Source: Prasinococcaceae sp. CCMP 1430
Lineage: Eukaryota; Plantae; Prasinodermophyta
Length of the DNA: 32,870 nt
Direction of reading: 5' to 3'
NCBI GenBank assembly: GCA_013416795.1
Contig: RQSC01000626.1
Coordinates: 1 to 32,870 of the forward strand
The notes beneath the pieces are model-generated. The model had not been told where the DNA came from and ran no database searches. It worked only from the letters and a program-made list of their open reading frames with translations. Position 1 is the stretch's first letter, and the number at the start of each line of letters is the position of its first letter. Shown here piece by piece: positions 11,300-22,995 of the stretch. The translations under genes were made by a program, and so were the position numbers.

Positions 11300-12303
11300 G
11301 CGGCGCCGCGCGGCAACGGCCGCGGCGGTGCTGCTCACGCGCGAGGCGGGGAAGAACGCGGCCGTGCGGGAGCGGCTGGCGCAGGCGGGTGTGGAGTGCG
11401 AGGAAGTGCCGCTCATTGAGCACGCCGACGCTGAGGGCGCGGACGCGCTGCCGGGCACCCTGCGCGAACGCGAGTTCGACTGGGTCGTCGTCACCAGCCC
11501 TGAGGTGCGGCCGCGCCCCGCGCACGGTAGCTCGCTTGCGCGATATCGGAGCACTCTCCGTGCTGACGCCCGCGCTCTCGCTCACTCGCGCGAAGGCCGC
11601 GCGCGCGCTCGCGCGCGGCTGGGCTGATGCCGGAAAGCCTGCACTCAACATCGCGAGCGTCGGCGGAGGCACCACCAAGGCGCTCGTAGCCGCGACAGAA
11701 GGCGCGCTTGACGCGGCGTTTGAGCCGACGCTTGCGAACGCAGAGACGCTTGCAAAGGAGATGCCCCTAGGTGCGTATGCGTGCGCTCTTCCGCTGCATT
11801 GCGTCTGCAGCGCGCGCGCGCTGCAGACCCGCGTCGCCGCGGGCGTGCTCACGCCGCGTTCGTCCTGCTTGCCACGCCCGCTGCTGCTGACCCGTGCGTT
11901 GCTCCTCGCAGGTGCGGGCTCAATGGTGCTCTACCCCGCGTCCGCCCGTGCGGCAACGACGCTGCAGGACGGGCTGGCCTCTCGCGGCGCGGAAGTATGC
12001 CGCCTCAACACCTACACGACGCTCGCCGTGACGCCGGCAGCGCTGAGCAGCGCTGCGCGCGATGCGGCGGCGCGCGCGCGGGTCGTGGCGGTTGCGAGCC
12101 CGTCGGCGGTCAAGGCGTGGCTGGCCGTTCAGGGCGACATGGCGCAAGCGGACGAGGAGCCGCGCCTGGCATGCATCGGCGAGACGTCCGCCAGTGCCGC
12201 CAAACGCCTCGGAGTCGACCCAGCGCGCATCTACTGGCCGGACGCTCCGGGTGTAGAGGGTTGGGTCGACGCCATTCAGCGCGCCCTGCAGGACGAAAGC
12301 TGA
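11300..12303 (+). CDS. HEMD: Uroporphyrinogen-III synthase (plant-type HemD/UROS); introns 11505-11595 and 11771-11911; N-terminus unresolved
   Basis: VLLTREAGKN, VPLIEH, FDWVVVTSPE|AAR, ASVGGGT, VLYPASARA, RLNTYTT, ASPSAVKAW, ACIGETSA, PG.EGWV motifs joined by GT-AG introns; upstream transit-like sequence is in another frame. Confidence 0.9.
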
Positions 12304-12554
12304 GGCCCGCGGGGCCGTCCGTCCGTCTGGCGGGCCCGGCGAGCGTGTAATACTGCAATGTGACGCGGCGGCGGTGAGAGAGTGCTCGAGCTGTGCGCGC
12401 CTTGCCCTGGCGTCGCCACAACCAACGCTGCGCCCAGTTCCGACTCGTCGCTGGCGCATGTACAGACCCTACCTTAATTGTAACCCCAACCACAACGTGC
12501 CTTTTGCCGTTGTCGCCTTTGACGTGACATGGTACAATCGACGGTTGATGCCAC

Positions 12555-12660
12555 CTCAAATTTTCCAAATCAAACCCACATAATATACAATTTCATTTCC
12601 ATAATAAAGTATTCTGCGTATTTATGTAGGTCACTTTGAGAAGGGTAAATTTGAAAATCG
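12555..12660. promoter_or_regulatory. AT-rich island upstream of the DZIP1-like gene (putative promoter/nucleosome-free region)
   Basis: Strongly AT-rich stretch in a GC-rich background, followed by a (CG)n block; contains GGTCACTT at 12629-12636. Confidence 0.5.
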
Positions 12661-12975
12661 CGCGCGTTCCCCGTGCGCGCGCGCGCTGCGCTGCGCTGCG
12701 CCTGCCGCTGCGCTGTGCTGCGCAGCCGAGTGTGCGCTGCGTGCGGCGGAGTGCGTGAGTTGTGCGTGCGTGTGAGAGCGTTGGGGGAGAAGGGGGAGCG
12801 AGCACGCGCATTTGGGTGCGCCCGAGCCTGCGCCACAGCTGCGCGCGCGCGCGCGCGCAGCTGCTGCGGCCAGAGCCCACGAGGCGAGCGCAGGCAGGAC
12901 CGCCATTGCGGGGCGGGCGGGTGAGCGGGGCGCACCGCGGTCGGTCGGTCGCTCAGGCCCGCAGGCAGACCGCAT

Positions 12976-15900
12976 GTGCGCGCGGCGCCGCCCGCGAGCC
13001 TTGCCGCGGCGGCCGCGGCGGAGCGCAGCGGCACGAGCAGCACCAACGCCGACGGGTCGAAATCGACGTCCCCAGGCTCTGCCCTCGCCGAGGCGGACGA
13101 GCTGGCGCTGCTGCACTCCTCATCGGACGAGGCAGGTCTCCTTGACGCGCGTGCGCCCCTTCCGCGGCGTGTGCCGCGGCGCTACGCCGCTGCCGCGGCG
13201 ACGGCCAAGGCGACGAACCGGAGCGAGGGCGACGCGGGGTCGCCCGGCACCCCGCCAGCGGACACGGAGCTCTCGACGCCGCCGCGCTTCGCGTTCGAGG
13301 CGCGCGTGGCGCGCATTGACTGGCGCGCCCTGGCGCGCGTAGACGTTGACGCCATCATCTCCGACACCGATGTGGGCACCCTGGAGGCCGCCGTTGAGAA
13401 CGTCGCCTTCGGCGACCTTGAGGCGGTACGCACGCGCGCGTGCTCGCACGGACGCGCACGCGCACGCACAGGGACACGCGCACGCGCTCGCACACCTACC
13501 CACGCACGCAGAGAGTCGCGCGCACGCACGCTCGCTCGCTTGCATGCTTGCTGACGCGTGCGCGCGCTCGCGCGCACACGCACCTAGGAGGACACGCGCA
13601 CGTTCACGCGTGCGGCATTCGCCAAGGCGTTCCGCCTGTGTCAGCTGATGGTCGAATACCTGCTCTTCGTGCAGGAGACGCTCGCCACGCACCGCGCGGA
13701 GGCGCTGGAAAGCATCGAGGGCCTCCGTGAGCAGGCCGAGCAGGCCAAGGCCGCTTCCAAGCGGTACAAGGAGGATGTGGCATACGCCAAGAAGGAGCTC
13801 AAGAGAGCCCGCAGAAGGGTGGCGGCGTTCGAGGCAGCGCTGTCCATGGGCAGGAGCCCCACGACGATGCCCACCGGCGATCTGGACGCCATCGCCGCAG
13901 GCGGCGGCGACGACGCCGCGGCCGCGGAGGTTGCCAAGGTCCGCGCGGCGGCGGAGGCGGCTGTCGAGGAGGCGCGCGCGGACGCTGCAAGGCAGGTGGC
14001 GGAGGCCCGTGCCAGCGCCGATGCCGCTATTGCGGAGGCGCGGGCCGATGCGGCCAGGCAGCTCAATGAGGTGCGCGCCGACGCGGACCAGCGCGTGGCT
14101 ACTCTGCGTGCCGACGCCGAGGGGCGGATCGAAGCTGCCGAGCAGATCGCCGCGAGGGGCGCAGTTACCACAGATGAGGCCTTTCGGGAGCGTCTGCGCC
14201 AGGCTGATGAGAAGACCAAGGCGGCCATGGAGCGCTCATCCCTCATGCACGAGGAGATTATCGACCACCAGGCTACCATCAAAGAGCTCAAGTACAGGCT
14301 CGAAGTTGCCGAACAGGAGCAGCACCGCGATGTGCAACCAGGGGCGCCCCCCTCGCCGCAGGTACCTCCGTCGCCGGTGAACGTGCAGAGGCGCATCGAA
14401 TCGGTCGAGCGCACAGAGGAGAACGCTGTGCTCAAGGCAAGGGTCGAGGAACTTCGGGCAGCGCTCGCTGCTGCGCGCGCCGAGGCTCGGGAGGCCATGA
14501 TCGCATCGGGGCGGGCGTCGGCGGATGCGGCGCTCGAGATTGTCGCCGTCAAGGAGGACGCGTCGCAGGCCATGCAGGCGTTCCGTGAGGAGGCCGAGTC
14601 CCATGTCGCCGCGTCCAAGGCGGATGCGGCGCTCGAGATTGTCGCGGTCAAGGAGGACGCGTCACAGGCCATGCAGGCGTTCCGCGAAGAGGCTGCATCC
14701 AATCTCGCCGCGTCCAAGGCGACTGCCGACGCCGAGCTCGCTGCCGCGAAGGCAGCAGCGGCGGCGGCGTTGGAGTCGGCCAAGGACGCCGCCCCGGTCA
14801 TGTCAGCGGAGACCGCGGAGCGCGTGAGGGTCCTCGAGGAGGAGCTTGCCGCGACATCTGCGCAGCTTGCTGAAGTGAAGGGAGTCCTTCAGGAGAGGGA
14901 CGCCGATCTAACGCAGGCGCAAGCCCAGACCAGGGCCCTCGAAGGCCAGCTGGCTGCTTCCAAGGCCGATCTCATCACGGTGAGAGCGGCCTCCGAGGCT
15001 GCAAAGGCCGAGGTGGCCATCGCTGAAAGCACAATGGCACGTGACGCGACCACAGCGGCAGAGGCTGCTGTGTCCGCTGCTACTGCCGAGGTCGCTGCTG
15101 TGTACACCGAAAGGTGCGAGGCGCTCGAGTCTGAAATCGCAGAGCTTCGCGCGACGGTCAGCAAGGCGAATGCAGACGCGGAGGAGGCGCAAAGGTTTGC
15201 GGAGGAGGTAGAAGCCGGCGCCGCAAACGCGATCCACGAGAAGGAACGGCTCGAGGCATTAGTCGAGGAGCTCCGCGCGGAGAGCGACGTGCTTAGGTCC
15301 GAAGCCCAGGACGCGCGTGCCGCTGCTGAGCTGGAGACATCTATGGCCGAGGCGAACGCGGCCGCAAACGTCGCCGCCGAAGCTGCTGATCGCGCGCAGG
15401 CAGCAACAGAGGACCTGCTTGAGGACGAGGAGGACGAGGAGGAGTTGGATGATGATGCGAAAGCCATGCTCGCAGCAGACGCCGCCGCTGATCGTGAAGC
15501 GCTCGAGAAGCTCCGGTCGCTCGTCAGCCGCGGCGAGCAAGAAATGGCCACAGCAACGGCCAAGCGTGAGTCTGCTGTGGCCGCGGCGGTGAAGGAGGCC
15601 GCAGAGGAACGCGATGAGCTCAGGACGGTCATTGCAGCGCTCAAGGAACGGATAGCCTCGCTGGAGCTCGCTCGCTCAAATCTGGTGGCCGAGCTCGAGG
15701 CTGCGCTCGACAGGGCGAAAGGAGCTGAGGCGGAGCGCGAAGCTGAGGTCGAGCGCTCAGCGGCGGCTCTCGCCGAGGCGGAGAGACGCGCCAGCGAGCG
15801 TCTCGCCGAAGTCGAAGCCTCTTCGACGGCGAGGAGGGAGGCCGAGGTCGCGTCGGCGGCCGAGGAGGCGGCAGCGGCTGCCAAGGCAGCTGCCCTCGAA

Positions 15901-17526
15901 GAGCAGGAGCAGATGATCGCCAAGCTCGAGGCCGAGGGCGAGGTGTACCGCGCGGCTGCCGAGGAGGAGGTGCGACAGGCGCGCATCCAGACGCAGCGGT
16001 CCCTCGAAGAGGCACGTGAGCGCGCCGCGGGCGAGAAGGCGGAGGCTGAGGGGCGCCTCGCGCAGGCGACGGCGGAGAGGCAAGCCGCGCACGAGGCCGC
16101 GCTCACCGAGCAAAAGGCTTCCCTGCAGGCACAGGCCGATGAGGCCAAGAAACGGGCGGCCAAGCTCGCAGAAGGCACCGAGCGCATGGCGGAGGAACGC
16201 GAACGCCTGGAGGCCGACATGCAAGCGCGGGCGGACGAAGAAAAGCTGCGCGCCGATGAGGCAGCGCGGATGGCCGAAGCAAACAAGGCAACAGTGGCCG
16301 CCGAGGCCGCCGAGGCCGCCGAGGCCGAGCGCAAGGCGGCTGAAGCCGTCGCGGCGATGGCGAAAGCCGAGCGCGAGGCGGCGGCTGCTGCTGCGCGCCA
16401 GGCAGAGATGGAGATCAAGGCCTCCGCGGCGCGGGAGGAGGCGGCACGCCTTGCTGCCGAGTCCGAGGCGGCGCAGGAGCTCGAAGAGGCGGTACGGTCG
16501 GCTGAGAGGGCGGTGGCAGAGGCCGCGGCGGCGGAGGCGGCCGAAGCCGACATCGACGCGCAGGCGCGATTGGAGAGAGACGCAGCCGCGGAGATGAGTG
16601 TGGAGGCCAGTGGGCAGGGCAAGGAGGGCGAGGGGCGCGACCACGGGAAGAGCGTGGTGCCCGAGTCCGAGAGCGTCACAGAGGTCGCCGACGCGCCGCT
16701 GGCGCAGGCGCCGAGTGCGGAGGCGTTGCCACGGCCGACAGGGCCGCCGCCCTCGGGCCCCGACGCGCGCGTGCCGATGACGATCGAGGACGCCTTCATG
16801 AACGCGCGCCCCTTCGCGCCCATCCCCGACCGGCCATACAGCTTCAGCCGCTTCGACCACGACCCGGCTACGTTTACCGAGACGCACGCCAACGTCTCGG
16901 CGTACTTCGAAGATCGCCTGGTTGAGGCGCTGGCTGAGCACGGCGTAGCCGCGGAGGCGGAGGGCGTCGATGCCGCCGTCGCCGAGCGCCTTCGCATCGC
17001 GCGGGAGGCGGACATGTCCGCGGCACGCGCGGCGGTGAGCGAGCACGAGCGTGCGCGCATGGACTACGAGCGAAACAGCATCACGTGGCACCTCGGCATG
17101 GCGGCGACCACGGCGCTCGGCGCGCCGGAGGAGGCGGCGGACCTTGGCCAGCTCGAGGCGCCGGCCTTCGCGCTACCGCCGCTGCCCGTCGAGGCCGCGG
17201 CCGGAGCAGCTGGCGCCAAGGGCGCGGCCGCAGAGGAGCAGGAGCAGCGGCAGGCACCGCCAGCCCCCGTCGTCGCCGCGGCGCCGGCAGCTGATGAGAC
17301 ACCACTCGAGGACATGGATGCGCCACTGCCGCCCCTGGTGGCAGCGCTCGGTGGCGATGAGCATCTCGGCGACAATGTGCCGCCCTCGCGCGCGGCTGGA
17401 GTAGGTGGCTGGGGCGCCGCAGAGCCGCTCGAGCACGAGGCAACGATCGACGAATCGATAGATGTGGACGCGACGGTGGAGGAGATCGAGTTCGCGCCGG
17501 TCGAGGCGCTCGAGTCGCCGCGATAG
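12976..17526 (+). CDS. DZIP1/Iguana-like basal-body coiled-coil protein; intron 13426-13587; start codon uncertain
   Basis: Dzip-like N-terminal motif F.FE.R..RIDWRALARVDVD.II..TDV.TLE..VENVAFGDLEA|ED...FAKAFRLCQLMVEYLLFVQE reconstructed across the intron; long Ala/Glu coiled coil follows. Confidence 0.85.
14521..14718 (+). repeat. Two tandem 99-bp (33-aa) copies inside the DZIP1-like coiled coil
   Basis: ADAALEIVAVKEDASQAMQAFREEA(ESHV/ASNL)AASK twice; copies start at 14521 and 14620. Confidence 0.92.
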
Positions 17527-17860
17527 CCAGGCGGTCGTGGTGGCCCGACGTGTGTGTGCGTATTTGGGGGGTGGGAGGTCGGGAAGAGCATGCGGTGCCT
17601 CGCGCGCAGCTCAGCCGCGGCCTTGACGTGCGCGCGCGCACACACGCACAAACGCGCGGCTGGGGCGCCCGTATCAACTAAGGCGCGCAAGCGTGGGACT
17701 CGCCTGCCAGTGTCTGCGGCGCCGCGAGCGTGTGCTGGCGTGGTCGGGAGTGGGAGGAAGTTTAGGAGCGGCGGCTGGCCGCCGCAATCGCGCGCGCGAG
17801 GAGGGCAGCGCAAGGACATGTGCCGGCATTCCGTGCGCGCGCGCGCGCGCATCCTCCTGC

Positions 17861-18640
17861 CTAGGAGAAGAAATTTGCAAGCGCCAGCACGACCTGGTAC
17901 GCTGCGAGGCCCGCCACGAGGGCCAGCGCGACCTTGCCGCTGCCTCCATCGCCCGAGTCCGCCGCAGTCCCCTTGGGGCTCGCCGCGGCAGCCGCCTGCG
18001 CCTTCCCTGCCTGTCGCGCGGGTGGCGATGGACCCGCGCCACCCTTGGCGCCGCCCTTGGCCATACCCTCGGCGCCGGCCTTGGCGCCTGCAGCGGCCGA
18101 TTTGACCGCTTTCTTCAGTGCGCCCAGCGGAATCATAGACGCGCCGGCGCCCGCCTTGTATGCGACGCCCAACGAGATGGTTGCCCCTTTGGGCAGGCCT
18201 TCGACACCGCCCAGGTCGAGCGTCATATGGCCACAGTCGCCGCGACCCACGTTGGAGGGGAAGTTGAGCGCACTGTTGGGCACCTCCACCTCGAGCGCCT
18301 CGCCCGAGCCCGCCAGCGTCAGCTCCAGCGAGTACTCGATGCCCTGGCCGGATGCCTGGGTCTGCCTGCTCACGAGCGTCGCCGTGTCATTATCGGCGCT
18401 ACTGTCGGCGTCGCGCTCGCGCAGCCTGATCCTGCGTGCGCGCGAGCCGTCCTCGCCCGCGCCACGCAGCAGCACCACAGCGCCGGCAAGAGCACCCGCC
18501 GGCGAGCACCGCACGGAAAAGCTCACCTCGCTCGCCGCGCGTGCAGCTGCGCGGCGCGGCCGCGGCCGCGGCCGCGGCGTGCGGGCTGCGACACCACGCG
18601 CGGCAGCATCGCGCGCGCAGGTGCGCGCCGCGGTCGCCAT
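17861..18640 (-). CDS. Hypothetical protein (259 aa) with chloroplast-transit-like N-terminus and C-terminal hydrophobic anchor
   Basis: ATG 18640; MATAARTCARDAAARGVAARTPRPRPRPRRAAARAA is Arg/Ala-rich and nearly free of acidic residues; globular-looking middle; ends KVALALVAGLAAYQVVLALANFFS. Confidence 0.7.
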   Translation of the reverse strand: MATAARTCARDAAARGVAARTPRPRPRPRRAAARAASEVSFSVRCSPAGALAGAVVLLRGAGEDGSRARRIRLRERDADSSADNDTATLVSRQTQASGQGIEYSLELTLAGSGEALEVEVPNSALNFPSNVGRGDCGHMTLDLGGVEGLPKGATISLGVAYKAGAGASMIPLGALKKAVKSAAAGAKAGAEGMAKGGAKGGAGPSPPARQAGKAQAAAAASPKGTAADSGDGGSGKVALALVAGLAAYQVVLALANFFS

Positions 18641-18989
18641 CGCCTCACACACCCACACCTCTCTCTCTCTCTCTCTCCCCCCCCCGGGGGACAGCCCTCG
18701 CACCCGCGCGCCTCCGCCTCCGCCACGGCGCGCGCCGCCGAGCGGCAATGGAGACGGACCTGCACCAGGTGATCAAGGCGAACGACGACCTGACGCCCGC
18801 GCGCCCTTCCCCCCCTCCGTCGAATGGTGACAGAGACAGGGGGACAGAGAGAGCGGCGAGAGAGAGGCATCGCGCGCCCGCAACCCCCACCCCCTACCCC
18901 ACCCACCCACCCCACACCGCACGCCTGCGCTCGCTCGCAAACACTCAATCCACCGCAGATTCTGTTGGGCTGACTCGGACATCGCCCCT

Positions 18990-19070
18990 TCAAATTTCCT
19001 AAACCCTAAACGCGCCGCGCGGCCCGCGCGGCAAGGGAAATCCGCAACCCTGAAAGTGACCCTAAACACG
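18990..19070 (+). promoter_or_regulatory. Telo-box (AAACCCTAAA 19001-19010) and a second ACCCTAAAC in the divergent promoter
   Basis: Match to the plant telomere repeat/telo-box; reverse copy TAGGGTTT at 19594-19601. Confidence 0.6.
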
Positions 19071-19235
19071 CCCGTGTGCCGCGCGCCCCGAACCGCCCCG
19101 ACGCGCGCGCGGCCGCGCGAAAGGGGCATGCGCTAACCCTTCATTTAATTAACCCTTAACATCGCGCGTCGTCACCCAAAACCCTGAAGGGATGCACTCG
19201 TTCGGCGCCCTCGGGCGCGCCTTCGGCACACGTCA

Positions 19236-19318
19236 CTTTGCACTAGGTCAAAATGCATGCGCTTTCCGCCTCCGTCGCTTTGCACTAGGTCAAAATGCAC
19301 TAGGTCAAAATGCATGCG
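19236..19318 (+). repeat. Three copies of the 15-bp unit TGCACTAGGTCAAAA (19239, 19281, 19296)
   Basis: Exact copies; the last two are in tandem. Confidence 0.93.
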
Positions 19319-19878
19319 TTCGGGCGTGGGCGTGGGCGTTGGTGGGGAGGGCATCGCGCGGTGAGAGTATTAGATATGCACTGCGAAAGACGCGGCAGCT
19401 TCAGCTCCGCACAACAATTCTGCGGTTTGGTTCGATGGTAGACGTGTCGAAACTGCGCCGGGCGCGACGAAATGCGACGCGGCGTCGTGCGCCGCGCGCG
19501 CGTCGGTGTGCGCGCGCGGGCGCGCGACGCGCGCCTGCGGCGCGCCGCGCGCGCGCGCGCGCGCCCTAATGCGGCATTTGAGGTTGTATCGAATAGGGTT
19601 TATATAATCGTTCTGGATGTGCATTTTGATGGGTCGTGGCGCGCGTGGCGCGGATTTGGAGGTTAAGGTTTGGGCGATGCGCGCATCGGTTACACGCAGC
19701 ACTCTCTGCGCGCGCGCGCGCAGGGGGGAGGTGGGAGGGCGCGGGGCGGGCGCGCACGCGCGCGCCACACAGCTCGCGCTCGAGGGCCGGTGCCGCGCCC
19801 GTCCCCGCCTCCTCCTCCTCCTCTCTCTCTTTCGCCCCTCCCCTCCCCGCGCCGGGAGAGCCGCGAATCCCCCCAGCG

Positions 19879-21032
19879 ATGGCGTCGACCAGCATGAGCA
19901 CCGCCGCGCGCGGCGCCGCGGCGGAGGCGGCGAAGGATGCGACGTGGCGGCATGGCAGCTCCGTCGGCGGCGTCGGTACGACCGGTGGGACCATTCACCA
20001 CGCCCCGTGTGCTTTGGTGCGCGATGTGGACTTCAGTTCGCCCAGCGAAGTCTGGAGGGTAGCGGCCACCCACGCGCGGACATTCAAGCCCGAGCGCGCC
20101 TTCCCCACGGACCAGCTCGCAGTGTGGGAGCGCTACCACGAGCTCTACGGCAGCACTCGATCACCGGCGGGGACGTACCTCACGTGAGTGGGCGCGCGTG
20201 GCATGCGCGGCGCGCCGGCGTGTTGTTGTGCGTGCAACGTGCAGATTTCGCGTGCGTGCGATGCGATCTCATTTTCTCTCTCGCCCCCAAACGCGCGCCT
20301 CATGCTGACCACGACCCCCCCCACCCCCGGCGCATGTGCGTGTGCCATTAACACACTACGGTGCAGGCTTGCGGCATTCCCAGTTCCTGAGGAAGAGGGC
20401 GGCGCGGACGCGCGCGGGCGGCCGCTCCCAGGAGTCGCCGGCACGGTGTGGTCGGCTCTCGACGGATCGCTCGGTGGCGACGTGTGCGGAGCAGCGACGC
20501 TCGATGATACGGCCGCGAGCATGCCGCGCAGGCGCGACGGCACGCGTCGGAGACGGATCGCCTACATTGCGAACGTGGCGGTGCGTGAAAGGTGGAGGAG
20601 GAAGGGGGTGGGGGCCGCGCTCGTGCATGCCGCGGAAGAACGCGCCACGCAGTGGGGGTTCCGCGCGGTGGCACTACACGTGGACAGCGACAACCCGAGC
20701 GCAAGGTAAGTCCTCGTGCGCGCAGGCCGTGACTGCACGCGGTCGCTCGGCCCGCCTGAGCTCCGGTCCGCTGACGCGCGCTCGCGGGCCTTGTCCACGC
20801 ACTATCGTTGCGCTCCAACAGAAAATTCTACGAGAACCTGGGTTACCGCAAGATTGAGACGCCGCCCAACGCGAAGAACCGCGTGATGCTCTTCAAATGG
20901 CTCCACCCGCTCTCTCGCGCGCGCCGCGGTGGCGCCGCTGCTGCCACTGCGGCAGCAGCCGCTGCTACGGATGCAAGGGACGGGGCCAGTCGCGACCCTG
21001 GCGAGGTGCATGGGGTGCGGCCTCCACGTTGA
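19879..21032 (+). CDS. GNAT-family N-acetyltransferase; exons 19879-20183, 20367-20705, 20822-21032
   Basis: AYIANVAVRERWRRKGVGAALV (motif A), LHVDSDNPSA|RKFYENLGY (motif B) joined across GTAAG...CAG. Confidence 0.88.
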
Positions 21033-21119
21033 TCGGCCGGCTCGCGCCCTGTCGCAGCGCGGCCGCGCGCACATGTATCATCAGGTCGGGGGCGCCACCG
21101 CAAGCATGTGCCTCGGGAG

Positions 21120-21152
21120 GAAAGAAAGAGACAGAGAGAGAAAGAGAGAGCG
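21120..21152. repeat. (GA)n/(GAAA)n purine microsatellite
   Basis: Direct reading. Confidence 0.8.
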
Positions 21153-22157
21153 CGTGCCCCCGCCACGCTGGGGCGCACGAGCACAGCGGCGCCCGCGCGC
21201 ACTGCTCGCGACGCGACGAGATGCAACACCTTTCGAGGGCAGGTACAACCCTGACGCAACGCTCACGGGTGAACATTTGAGACGATGATGTAACCCTTTT
21301 TTTGGACACGAGAGACAGTGCGAGCTCGCTCACGAGATGCACGCGTAGCTCGAAACTGGGGCATGCGTGTGCACGCTTGAGTGCGTACCGGACCGACAAT
21401 GACACAACAAGAAAAGTGTACACATATTACAACGAAGAGCCCTGCGGCCGTTGCGCAGAGCAACACGAGCGTCAGCTCCAGGCTGCGAGATAGGCGACAC
21501 CGCCACGCGCACAATCAAGTAGCCGCGATTGCGTGCGCTCAGAACAGCGGGGAATGTATAAACAGCAGCGTCGCGGCCGACTAAGATGTCGGGATCGCGG
21601 ACTTTCAGGCCTGTTGAGCTTGATAATGCGTTGTGCTGTAATCTCGTCACCGCGCCCGCCATGGCCCCCCTTCGCTCGCGCGCACGCGCGCTCGCCCACG
21701 CGCGCTCACGAGCGCGCTGCCGCGCCCACCGCCACCGCCGCGGCACTCACCTGGCACGAAGCCCCCTTTGTCGCCTCGGACGCACGCGCACGAACACGCC
21801 TGCCAGTGCGCGTCCAACGCGGGGGCCGAGCAGCACAGGAAAACGCAGGGCGGGCGCGCGAGTCTTTCGTCAGCCACATGCCGTTCGCTAGGCGTGAGCG
21901 CCGAACGAGGGTCGTAGGGGCCGCGTTGCGTGTGTAGCGCGTGCGCTACAGGAGTGCTCAGACGAAAAACCCGCAGACAAGTGTCTGGGGCCTGGCAATA
22001 AAGTCCTCGACCAGCGATGTCGAGGCAGCAAGAGTAGAATCATAGTCGATCATTTGGGGAAAGAATTGGTGTCATCACCGCCGACCCTTGTGCGCGCGCG
22101 CGTGCCGCCGCTGCTGCGCGCGTTCTCTCACCTTGAAGGATGCTGTGGGGTGTCTCG

Positions 22158-22995
22158 TCAGCCGCGCTGCTGGCGGCCCTCGAGCAGCGCCCAGTGGCGT
22201 GCGAGGTCGTCGACAGCTGACCCGAGGATTCCCGCCGCGGCGAACGAGTCCAAGGTGCCATCGCGCACGTCGAGACGCTTACGGAGACGCGCCGATACTT
22301 CGCCCCTGGCGCGGCGCACGGCGTTCGTCGAGCCGTACTCGTCGACGAGCAGGAGGCCCACTGGAGGCTCGCCCGCAGCAGCGCCGTCGTCGAGCTCGGC
22401 CGACAGCGCCTGGATGAAGCGAAGCGTGCGCCGGGCCTGGTTTCCCACGGTGCTATCCCCAGCTTCGTCCCTCTCGAGCGGCACGCCTGCCACGACCGCG
22501 AGGCTCCGCCGCCCGCGCACGACGTCCGCTACGGCCGCCGCGTGCGCGGCGACCCTCGGCGCGCCGCTCGCGNNNNNNNNNNNNNNNNNNNNNNNNNNNN
22601 NNNNNNNNNNNNNNNNNNNNNNNNNNNNNNNNNNNNNNNNNNNNNNNNNNNNNNNNNNNNNNNNNNNNNNNNNNNNNNNNNNNNNNNNNNNNNNNNNNNN
22701 NNNNNNNNNNNNNNNNNNNNNNNNNNNNNNNNNNNNNNNNNNNNNNNNNNNNNNNNNNNNNNNNNNNNNNNNNNNNNNNNNNNNNNNNNNNNNNNNNNNN
22801 NNNNNNNNNNNNNNNNNNNNNNNNNNNNNNNNNNNNNNNNNNNNNNNNNNNNNNNNNNNNNNNNNNNNNNNNNNNNNNNNNNNNNNNNNNNNNNNNNNNN
22901 NNNNNNNNNNNNNNNNNNNNNNNNNNNNNNGCGCCGCCGCCGGCCGCGCGCAGAGCCGAGCGCGCCGGCGCTCCCTCGTCGCGCGCGCGGCGCAT
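22158..22995 (-). CDS. YqgF/RuvX-family RNase H-fold nuclease (pre-16S rRNA maturation/Holliday resolvase-like); middle lies in the gap
   Basis: VVAGVPL...G..G.QARRTLRF...L, LLVDEYGST, and LDSFAAAGIL match YqgF (VVGLP, DER.ST, D..AA..IL); the N-terminal acidic catalytic motif is hidden by the gap; candidate ATG near 22995. Confidence 0.75.
22573..22930. other. Assembly gap
   Basis: Run of N. Confidence 0.97.

Noticed and set aside
10342-12303. 653-aa ORF as one protein
   Set aside because: Only the last two HemD exons are in this frame; the rest is antisense DCN1, intergenic DNA and introns kept open by high GC
13641-17091. Long Ser/Ala-rich antisense ORFs (13641-14801, 14889-17060, 15757-17091) and similar shadows of formin, PRP3, PPR and the transporter
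   Set aside because: Stop-poor mirror frames of GC-rich coding sequence with no recognisable domains
19236-19318. 15-bp repeats as a CRISPR array
   Set aside because: Units are too short, two are directly adjacent with no spacer, there are no cas genes and the context is eukaryotic
19149-19680. Complete piggyBac/MITE
   Set aside because: Only a left-end-like TTAACCCT is present; no matching inverted end or transposase was found
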